From Elusimicrobiota bacterium (GTDB lineage: Bacteria > Elusimicrobiota > UBA8919), in contig JBDRIG010000101.1 of the NCBI GenBank assembly GCA_043816185.1, positions 1 to 28,898 on the forward strand: DNA of 28,898 nucleotides. The letters run 5' to 3'. This document shows, one piece after another, positions 9,701 through 21,700 of the stretch. How positions within the stretch are numbered: position 1 is the first letter of the stretch; each line of letters starts with the position of its first letter. Both the position numbers and the translations under genes were made by a program. The notes below the pieces were generated by a model. The model was not told where the DNA came from. It made no database searches and was given only the letters and a program-made list of their open reading frames with translations.

Positions 9701-12700
9701 AGTAATTGTAAAACTAAAATTAGCATTGTTAAATAATTATATTAAATTAGATGATTCATATCTTATACCGCAATTAGCCAGAATCGCTATTGAGTCAAAA
9801 ATTGATGAATGGGAGAAATCATTACCCAAAGAATCAGAATTAAAAATATCTCAAATTTTTAAATCCGCGAGCAAAAAACAGAAATTTTCTGAGTTTTTAG
9901 TTGTTCTTTATGCTTTATTGAAAACACCATTCTTCCCGATAAAAGACCAAAAAGGACGAAATACTTGGTACGTTGAAAATTCGATAATATCAGGATGGCA
10001 CTTAGCGTTAGTTTCACCTGAAATTTCAGGAATTTTAGACGGTTCTGAATGGATTGACGAAGAAATTGGTTTACCTGTATTATACCCTGGCGTTAGTTTG
10101 ATTGATGGGCCAGATTCAAGCGTGATTTCTATTGGTGGTGAAATTATGAATAGTATCACGAGTCCGCTTGGGTTCACAATCGGCGATGCAATATTTCTTG
10201 GAGCAGGAATTGACGGTATTTCTGCCACTGGACTTGATGCACTTGTTATGGCACAACAAAATTTGAAAGAAGTGTCTGCTTATGGTGATAAATTAGATAA
10301 GATAATAAAAGACGTTGAAGACAACAAAAAAATAGATGTCAAAGGAAACAAGGAATTGTTTGATAAATTTATTAACGGAAATATAAGAAACTTACGCGGA
10401 CAAATAGAGCAAACGAAGGATAAAATTGAAAAAGAAAAAATTGAAGAAACAATAAAGCATTGGGAAAAAATAAAAGAAGATTTAGAAAAAAATAAAATAG
10501 ATAATTTAACAGTAATGGAATTGTTGATGGATGAATTTATAAAGATAAGGCAGTCTCGACAAATATGTTTAATAACCCTGTTGAGGGATTTAAAAATAAA
10601 AGATAAAGAACAGAGTGTAATTTTAGAAGACCCAGAAAAAATTAAAAAAATAGTCAGTCAAGCACAATCCGAGGGAAAAATAACTAAAGAGCAGGCAGAA
10701 GAAATAACATATAGTTTCTCTAAGGATCCGAAAATCATACAATCGTTATGTATCAAATTAAGTTTAGAGAAGGAGTTAGTCGAGACAAACAATCTAATTA
10801 AAATTAGTGATGGAATATTAAGCAAAATAGATAAGGATAAGAAATTAACAGAAGAAGATAAAAAATTGTTAATCAAAATAATTGATGGAGAAATAAAATT
10901 AAACGAACAAAACAAACAAAAAATAGAGCAAATGGAAAAACTCAAACTGATTTCAAAGGAGAAGCAACAAGGAATTATCGAGAGCACAAACAAAAAAATT
11001 ACTTATTTGAAATCACTATCCGAAAAAATAGTTGAAGGATTGACATTGGATGCTAATGATAAAAAAGAAATAAAAAATTGTATTGGTAATCTGAAAACGA
11101 GAAAAGAAGAGATTGAAAAACAACTGTTGTTTATTAAATCACAAAAAAAGAAACAAGTGGAGGAAGCAAGCCAAGTAGTTTCACCGCAGGCCTCACAACT
11201 GACTCCATCAGGGACGAAGAAAATAGTTCCATCAACGATTTTATCACCAGAGACGAAAGAAGTAGCTCCACCGGTTTTACCACCGGTTTTACCAGAGATA
11301 AAGGAAGTAGTTCCAACAATGGAGAAGGAAATAGTGGGTGAGAAAAAAGAAACTCAACCAGAAAAACCAAAAACTAAAAAACAAAAAGAAACAACTGCCA
11401 CTGCTGTTGGTGTAAAAGAAGGAAAAACAAAAATAGAATCAGTGTCATATGATAAAGAAGGTCGAAAGGTTGAAACCAGTATAGTAGGAACCGAATGCGA
11501 TGAAATAAGAAAAACAGCTATTAAAGTTCTTGGCAAAGGATATACAGTCAAAATAGATGCTGTTGATGATAAAGATGAAGAAGAGAAAAAAATTAAGTTG
11601 ACTATAAATTACGATGTTGGTGGTAAGGGTTATCTTATTCTTACTCCAGAAATAGAACTTAGGCAAAAACTAATTGAAGAAATGGTGACGGAGGAAATCA
11701 CAAAATATAATTTAGAAATGCGTGGTAAGTTGAAAAGTGTAAGTTATGAAATTCGATTTGAAGATGCAAAAAATAAGAACAAATTCTATGTTAATAAATT
11801 TATGCTTGATTTTTCTAATTTAGAAAAAAATAGAGTTTTAGCGTTGAATATATACGATCCGTTGGGTGAATTGGGCGATCCAAGAATATGGTTGGTGGGC
11901 AGTAAAACAGTGGTGAAAAAGGAAGGAGTTTCTTTAACTCCGCATATAGAGTTACAATACAAGGGCAATGAATTTATAAATGCTATCGTAGGATTTGCAA
12001 GTAAAATTAAACTTACAAAAAAAGATACAATTAAGTTAGATCTTAATTATTATGGTGATAAAAATGATGATAAAAGTGGTGTAGGTGGAACGGTAGCGTT
12101 GACGCACAAACTCATAGAAGGTAAAAAAATAAAAGTAAAGTTTAAGAAAGAGCACGAAGATAAAAAAATAATACCATCTATTGAACTTGAAACTAAAAAT
12201 AATGGACTTATAATAGCACTTACAAAAGGTGGAAAACTGGCTGTTAAATATTCAAAAAAATTTGCTGGTGGTTCCGCAATTGATATTTCTTGTGAAGCGG
12301 GACGGGTTGCTGCAAATTATTTTGCTCCCGAAGGTAAACATGGATTTACTTATTCGGCAAAGGATATAGGAGAGCCTGCAAAAGATGTTAGTGTAGGAGT
12401 ATTTAAAAACGCGTGGGGCGGTATTTTGAAAGTGTTTGGCTATACAGGAAAGGATAAAGAGTTTAAGGGAGCTGGTGCTGAGTATAATCGTGGAAATTGG
12501 AGCTGGGAAGTAATATACGACAAATTTGAAAAAGTAAAAGCAGCATTTAATTTCTCATATGGTTTTGGTCCCGGCGGTGATAAACCCAGTGATAAACCAA
12601 AATCTGGTTTTGGGCGGAGAGGGGAAACGGAAGCAACGAAAGAGACAACTGAAAAACAAAAGAAGGAGATAGAAAAAAAAGAAAAGCTACTACCAGAGAA

Positions 12701-15700
12701 AAAACTACAGATGGCGGTTTTCGATTCTGCTTCGGTTTCTGAAAACTCTCAACTCGTAGATGCTCATTCATTAGTGAAAACAAGAACCAATGCCTTGCTC
12801 AAAGCATTAGAAGAAGCAGAAAAAATTATTAAGGAAGGCAAGGCACTATCAGATAAAATTAAGAAAGAGATAGATATGGAACGGAAAAAATTGAGCGATG
12901 CAATAAATATAGTTAACGAATTATCGAAGTCAAGGGAAAAAGAATTTAAAGAGTTTCAAGAAAATTATAAACCGATTGAAGAAAAATGTAACGAGTTTCT
13001 TAGTAATTTGGGTTCTGAGATGAAGAATATAGAAAGTGCTATAACATTCACAAGACAATTACTTAACAAGGTTGACAGTGTTGTTGATGAATATACATTA
13101 AAGGTAGGTGCTAGTCAAATAATATTTAATTTATACAGTTCTTACGAGGAAAAAATAAAAAAGATAGATGAGACGAACAAAAAGGTTGGTGAATTTCTGG
13201 AAGGATTAGAAGCACATTTGAATAAGTGTGATGCTTGTTTGTCAATGATAATGAATTTCATAACCGATACTGAAATAAATAAAGTTTCGGATACTAAACT
13301 TAGTGATGAATTTGAAAGTGATACAAGATATCGGGATTATCTCAATGCTTTTGATAAGCTTGGCGAAAAAACCAAAAAAGAAGAAAAAAAGTTTTACCTT
13401 GCTTATAGCAAGGAAAAAAATGGGTTGGCAGGGACAATCGTTAAAAATCGCATGTTATTATGTAAAGATCTAAAACAATATCTTGGATTTAATAGTGTTG
13501 AAGAACTGCTTGAAAGCGAAGAAGGTCGCAAGGAACTTCTTTATTTTGCAAATATGGCCAGTTGGGAAAATTTAGGTTTGGATAAAGTAAAAGAAAAAAT
13601 ATCTCGTAGGATAGAGTTAAAACAATTAGTGGCTAACTTAATAGATATAGATGTTCGTAATTTTGATGTGCTTGAAAATGCCAATCACAAACTGCTCTTA
13701 GAATTTTATGCTAATCTGGTAGATTTTGAATATTGTGATTATGCTGATGTGAAAAAATTATTAGAAAATATGAATGAGTTTAAGTCGTTAGTTGGTAATT
13801 TAGTTGGACACGAATTGGTCTTAACTAACCCATATGGTAACGATACTAATCTACTACTTAGTTGGGCGATTAGACCACTATCAACATTAAAAATCTCATC
13901 GGAAGAAATAAAAGATAATATTAATTTTATGATTGGTATAAAACAATTAGTGAAAGAAATTGTAGGTCGTGATGATTTAGATTTAACGAATCCCTTTGGA
14001 AATGATTCAATCTTACTTGCATTTCAGGCGGCATTAGTGTTCCACGGTAAATATAGTGAATATTTCGTAAAGGAATTATTAAAAAATGCTGGAAAAAATC
14101 AGGAAGAAGTAAAGAAGTTTCTTGAAGCTACGGAGAAAGACTTTAAACTAGATGATGTATCTAACTATAAATTATTGCTCGGTAATTGGTTGAGAATCGA
14201 TGAATCAAAGTTAGACCAATCGAATAAAAATTACACAAAATTGTTAGGATATTTAATGGTAGCACGTAGCGTTTCTAATTTTACGGAATTTAATTTAAGC
14301 GATTACAGCGATCTAAGAACAGCGATTGAAAAATTAAATGGCGATAAAGAGTTAAAGTTTACGGACGATAAGGATTTTGATCTATTTATTTTCCTTGTCG
14401 AACTGACTATAGAATTAGGATGGCAACAAGAGAAGATGGTAGAATTAATAAACAAATTGAGTACAGTTCAGGGAACTGTAAATGGAATGGCTATAAAACA
14501 TTTCACTGAGGAAGAAATAGAAAATTTACTTGGCGATGCCAGCGGTTTAACTCAAGCAAATATCGAAGAAATACTTAGTAGAAAAACTGGTACCGAAATT
14601 AAACTGGATTTATCGAAGGACAGTGATAAATATGTTTTACTTTATTATGGTATGTTAGCGGGTATAATTTCAAGAAATCTACCTGCCGACGTTACCGACG
14701 CTGATAAAAAAAAATATATTAAGAATTTTTTCAATCAGATGGCTGAAATTTTACCATACCAAGAGTTAATTAATAGCAGGCCGATAGATATAACAAAACC
14801 ATCAGAAGCTAGAGACCTCAGTATAGAGGCCACTATATCATTAGAGTTAGAAGGTTATTTCGAAGGAAAACAGTGGGCAAATTATAAAGTCACAATACTT
14901 CTTAACGGCGTAAAAGTGATAGAAAAATTAGCAGAATTGTACGATGATAAATCAAAAGAAGATATAGCAAAGGATAAAGACATATGGAAAAATTGGGTAA
15001 TTTCTGCAACCGTAAAAGATAAAGATGGTAAAGCAATTGGTATAGGTAATACATTAAAGCACATTGATAATATGATAGAACTTAAGGGTTTGGTTCCTTT
15101 TGAATCGTTGGATTTCTTTGCTGGTTTAATAAGTTTCGGTGGATTTGATATAGCAAAGGTAAAAGAGTTGATTGCCAATATAAAAAGTGCAGAAGTGCCG
15201 ACTGAAAATTTCTTAAATGCACAAGGATTAAAAGGAATGCTAAATAACGAAGATCTTTCAAAACTTACGATAGAAAATTTTAAAAATTATTTTGGAGAAA
15301 AGGGAAATATAGACTTAGATATAAATAATCCACAAGACAGAGTTAAACTTATGTATTGGGCAGTTGTATTTGATGCAGTAAGCAAGCATATCAAGGGCAA
15401 GGGAATTAATTTGATAGATGCTTTAGCAGAACTTAAACCCTATATCCAATTAGTTATAGGTGACGAGACAGATATTACAAAAGTAGATTTAACAGATCCT
15501 GAAAATGCGTATTTTGATCTCTCATTCTTTAATGCTGTCCTATCTCTTTCAGGTAAATTAAGTCTTGAACAAGTAAAACAGATGTTAATCAATGCAGCGA
15601 GAGTAAAATCACTTGTAAAAGAAAGATATAAATTGCAGAAAGAAAATTTAACAGATGCTAAACTTGCAAATACACTATTTAAATGGTCAATGGTACCGAT

Positions 15701-18700
15701 ATTAACAGATGCTGAAAAGGAAATTATTAAAAAATTTACTTCGGAGCAAATAGAAGAACATCTAAAAACAGTAAACGAAATTGATAGGCAAGCAAAAAAA
15801 GAAAACATTAATATTGAGGAAATCAAGGGGACGGCGGCAATGGATTATTTAGCTATAAGCGTGTCGCAGGAAGCAATTAAAGGTGACAATATTCCCACTA
15901 TACTTAGAAGTATAAATGCTTCATTGGCGCAGAAAGAATTATTATTAAAATTATTTCCACCAACTCAAGGTTCGCCACAGGAAATCGATTTAAACAATTT
16001 AGAACACATTCATTTCTTAATTCCTTTCATAGACCAACTTAACCAAAAATTCTCTTCTCAACAAGTCCAAAATAATACCGAAAAAATATTAAAAATCGCT
16101 ATAGCTGTAGTTGAAGCAACAAATGGAGACGCCGACTTAAAAAGGGCACTTCTAAGAATACCAGTAAACCAACCCGTCCAACCCGTAAATTTATCTAACC
16201 CGCAACAAAGTGAAATAATTCTAAGTATCGCTAAGATGATGTTGTTTAGAAAAAAGTTGGGGGAAGGGGAAGATTTGTACGATATTAAGTCAGAAATGGA
16301 GATTGTAAAATCTTTAATTGAACTTTATAACAAATCTGGTTTAACGCTGGATTTAACAACACCGGAAGGTAAAGGTGTGTTAAGTTATTGGTTGGAACTA
16401 GACCTGACTGGAAAAGTTAAATGGAAAGATGAAAATGAGAAGGAGCAAACATTAGATATTGGTGTGGGTAAAGCAGGAGACCTACTTGAGAACATCGTAT
16501 TAATAAAAGCCAGCGCCGAGAAACTCCATGGACAAAAATTAGATCCAACAAACAAGAACGATTCAGGAATACTCTCATATTGGGGCCATATCAATATGAC
16601 TGGAAAGATAAACTACACCGACGAAGGTGGTAAACCACAAACATTAGATATTGGTGTGGGTAAAGCAGTAGAATTTTTATATCGCCTCAATAAAATTATT
16701 GAACCATTTAGACTAGAGTTTAACGAAAACAAGGAGTTTCTTAAAATAATTAATGGTGGAGAAAAATTTGAATGGCATAATAATTCATCAGCATATCTTT
16801 TTGGTTTAGTTGACTATGTTGGTTCTGAAACGGATTATAAGATACCTGAACAATATATTAAGACAGTGAAAACAGCACATAAATTATCTCAGAATCAGGG
16901 GATATTAGACATTTTCAATCTTTCTCATGATATCAAGTTTAGTAATCCGAAATATAGTAAAGAAGTGGGGCTTTTAATGGCGTTGTCTAAATACATTGGT
17001 GATAGTTTACTATCATTTAATTTTTATGATTATTTGGATAATACAGATGCCGCAGATGAACATATTACAAAGTATATTACCGATATAAGAGGGTCCCTTA
17101 CGGATACAGAAAGTAAAAAACTGAATAGCCAACTTAAAGCATTCTTAGAAAGTAATGGTCTTAAAGAACCGTATCAGAATGTTGAGTATTTTATTGTTGT
17201 TTCTGTTTTATCAAAATTTTTACGGCCATACATAGAAAAATATCGCGACAGACCATATATTCTTACGGATGATAAAGATAGATCTGAACTTGAATACTAT
17301 GCTAAAGGAATTGTCGAAGGTAAAGAAACGCTAAAAAGCGTAATTTGGACTCTTAAAGCGAAAACGGCTTTAAAGGAAATGATTGATAAAAAATTTTCAG
17401 CAGAGATAGCTACTTATGGTGAAGCATATGAATATGCATGGCAAAAATTCTTAGAAGATAAAAAAATAGAAAAGCCAGCACTCACAAAAAATAAAAAAGA
17501 AATGCTAAGATTAGAATTCGAAAATGAATTAAATAAGGATTGGATTATATCGTATTATGCAGAATCTTTCGCTAAGGAATACAAAAAGAGATTAGGGTTT
17601 GCAGAAGAAGGAGCCAAAAATAAAAAACTTACTGATGAAGAAAAAAATACATTATGGAACAATTTATTGGGAGAATTTGATGTACAGTTTAAAATTGGTA
17701 AAAACTTGGATATTAGTGTAAAAAAATTATCGGAATTATCGCAGAACGATAAAATACTTGCAGAAGCAATTGAAGCCAAAACAAGAATAAAGATTGATAA
17801 GTTTGAAATAACCAGATCCAACACTGGACAAATAATAGAAATAATCGGATTAAGAACTGAAATAAAAGACGGAAAAAAAATTGACTTGCGACAATGGAAA
17901 ATAGATTCGCTTGGGGTTCAAACTACAATAGAAATCTATAATTATAAGATTGACTCTAAACTCAAAGAAGAAAAATATGCTGCTAAAGGCGAAATTTACG
18001 AATTTGATCCCGTAACAAACAAAATTAGTGATAGGTTTCGCGGCGAACGGTACTATAGAATTGCTGAGTATAAAGGTGCATTAGAGTGGCACGATTACAG
18101 AGGAATGAACACTCTACCTAATGGGAATAAAGAAACATATACTCGGATAGATACTGATGATAGTTATACGAGAGTTTATTCTCGCGGCGAACGTAAAGAT
18201 CGTGAAGAAATCTACAAGTCACATCTTAAAGAAGAAGTACCGTTGCAGAAGATATTTTATGCTTCCGAGTTTGGTGTGCCAATAATAGAAATTTACACAG
18301 GTGCTAAGAAATTAACGAGTAAAATTTATGCATATAATCCCAATGCACTTCTTCGAAAAAGAGGCGAACATTTATATGATGTAATATATCAATACGATTC
18401 CAAATCCAGCAGATTTGTAGAAACGAAAACTAATGTAAAGAATGGAGTATATGAAAATGTAACAATTGCTGAACAACAAGGTGAACAACAAGATAAAATT
18501 GTTTATACAACCAAAGTGTTTACACCTAATCGTCAACTACTGTCTACAAAAGAAACCACATTAAAAAGAAACAGTCATACAATTACCGAATCAACTGAGT
18601 TTAGCAATGGCAAAAAAGAAGTGGTAGAAAGTGATACATGGACAGATAATAAAAAGTTGACCCAATATGATTCGCTTGGTAGAGAAGTTTTTACTGAGGA

Positions 18701-21700
18701 AAGTACGATTTCAAAAGATAATCCATACATAGAAAATACAGTACGAAAATATGCTGCTGGACAAATAGAAATTGGTAAAGCTGATACATATACAAAAGAA
18801 TCTTCCTTAATTAAATGGGCTGAAACAGATAAACATGGCAATCCTATTGGCGATCCAATAGAAGAAATTGCTTATGATAAAGTTAATATTGATTTTACTC
18901 AAGCATATTTAACATATACAAATAAAGATATTGCAAATAATACATTTTCCAATGGTAAAATAAACATACTAACAAGTGCTGAGGAGTTTACTATATACGA
19001 TGCTAAAAAAAATAAAATACTAAAAACCGTCAAAACAGCCATTGATTATTATACACTTAGACAAGGGGTAGAAACAAAAAACTATCAAGAAAAATGTATT
19101 GAAAAAGGATTTGTTAATCCATTGTATGGTGTCGGTAATTCTATAAAAACACTTGCTGATGGTAGAATAAAAGAGCAAACAACTTCATTGAATGAGAATA
19201 ATCAACCGTTAGAAGAGTTGATAAAAATCGAAGGCGAAAAAGATCGTCATCAATATTATCAACGTGTTGAACATTTGCTGGAGCACAAAGTATCTAAAAT
19301 TATTTTTGATTCTCCGTGTGGTGATAAAAAAGAAACTATAAAATATGCCATCAATCCTCGTAGAGAGTCTATGGATTGGATTGAAAAAATTCAACATAAT
19401 ATAAAAAATGAAGATGGTAAATATTATAACGAAACTACCTTCCACGATACCAGATTTGCTTCGAAAAGCGATGGCAGATTTGCTTCGGAAAGGTTACTTT
19501 ATAAAGATGGCCCGATGGTAGAAAGAGATGAGTGGGATGAAGGAGTAAATGTTTCGCATACCACAGTGGAAAAAGTTGGTAACGAAATGGTTACAACAGT
19601 AAAAATGCTTAAAGACAATGTTACAATCGAAATTTATAGGGATTCGAGGTATGGGTTTATAACGAAAATTAAAGCTAAAAACAGCATAATTGGGGAGGAA
19701 ACTTTAGTTTTAACATCAGAAGATGGTCAACATTTTGTCGGCGAAAATAAAGAAAACGGTCAAACTATTATAAAAGATTTATTGTTTGTCAACGGCCCTG
19801 AGATAAGTTGTATTATTAAAGAAAGAATGGGCGGGCTGTTAGAAATTGTTAGCAAAACAAGTACAATTACTAATCCTGATGATGGTACAATAGAACAAAT
19901 TATTGATAAACCAAAAGACAATGAAAGAACCACTATCAAACTTCTTTGGTTAGAAGGGCCAGGCTATGAAAAAAATACAATCAAAAATAGTATACATATT
20001 GCTCATTTAGAAAGCAACGATTTTGGTATGATATGGGAAGGGCATAATCCGTCTATGTCTATCAAAGATTCGAAAATTGTAGAAAAAGCAAGATATTATG
20101 GTGGAGCATTGGTTGAGGGTTATACTGAGATACTTGGCGATAGAGTAAGCGAATGGAAACGAACAGATAACGACGATGGCTCCACAACATTTATAACGAA
20201 TGATCCAGTAAAAGATATAGAGACAAAAATTAGATTTACGGCTGGGTGTAAGAATTCGTATCGCAAAACAATAACTGAAAAAGGAGTCATAGAAGCAGAT
20301 TTATCAAGTGAAAATTCAGGATTAACATGGTCTGGTAAAAATCCATATACAAAAGAAAAGATCTTTGAATCTGCGATTTATACTGGTGGTGGAAATGTAG
20401 AGGGATATAGAGAGATCAACGGTACAAGGACTTTCGAATGGCAGAAGGTTAATACCGATACAAAATCAACAGTTTATTCAAAAAATTTCAGAACATCGTT
20501 GAGTATGATACAAGATTTTCTTTATGACAGCGGACAGATGAAAAGCGAATCGGAAAAAGATTGGACTGGTAAAACTCGGTCCAGATTAGAATGCGATGGT
20601 TACGGTAGATATGAAATTAAACGCAATTTTGGTAAACTTAAAGGGTTGCAAAGTGAAGAGATGTATAGATATAACAAGATGCATTTGAAGCAAGTAGATA
20701 CAACCGATAAAACAGGTGAAGGTAAAAAAATACCAGTATCAGTATCAGCATTCTATGATAATGTTGGCAGAGTAGAAAATGGCGAGGAATTTTTTTATGA
20801 TCCGCAGACAGGAAAGTTAGAAGGAAAATACACATTTAACAACAAATTTGACGGTAGATTTTTGATTGAAAAATCTGGGAAAGACAACGCAGAAAATGAT
20901 GTATATAAAATACAATATAACAAATTTCAAGAACCCGAAGTATTACAATTTTTTAACAAAGGTGGCGGCTTGATAGAAAACAAGATTTTCGCATATACAC
21001 AGGGAATGGTTTTATCGGGGATTAGTACTTATGATGGGATAAGCGGAGCAAAAATTGCTGAAGATAGATGCAATAATCGCGGACAAATAACCGACAGTTA
21101 TATTATTTACTATGATAACACCACAAAAATAGAAATTGGTAGGGATAGAATTAAGCATTTTTACGATGGTTATTATAAAACTGGTTGGAGCGAGTTTGAT
21201 AACGAGAATAAAAATACTGCGAACGGAATTTGTGACCAGTTTGAGAGACCGAAAACCAAGACTGTTTTAGGATTTGAAGAAGAGGTAAAAGAGGAAGTTT
21301 GCTACAGCTACAATCAATATAATGGTATGATTGAATCAGTAACCGATGTGTTTGATAAAATAAGTCCTACTGGGAAAAAAACTAGGCAAAAAATTCGTCA
21401 AACGGAAAACAATGGCTTCGGTAAAGTGAAGATAGGAAGTATTTTTGAGTACAATGACGCCACAGGCGAGCAGGAAGGGAAAGTACTCAACAAATATGAG
21501 TACGATGGTTTTTTTACGAAATCTTCAAATGAAAAATATGTAGATAAATCGGGTAATAAATTTGATGTTTCAGAAACAACGTTTGATTCCAATAATAGAG
21601 AAGCAAACAAAAAACTTTTTGATCGCGATGGAAAAACAAAAATAAATTTCACCTATGAATACAATAATTTCAATAGCACAATAAAGGCAAGAACCAAGGG

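Noticed and set aside
13227..13238. CxxC (CDAC) as a metal or redox site
   Set aside because: It is an isolated motif in a coiled-coil helix with no partner CxxC, His or thioredoxin context.
16446..16668. 31-nt direct repeat as a CRISPR repeat
   Set aside because: There are only two copies, 192 bp apart, in frame within a protein duplication, and no cas genes.
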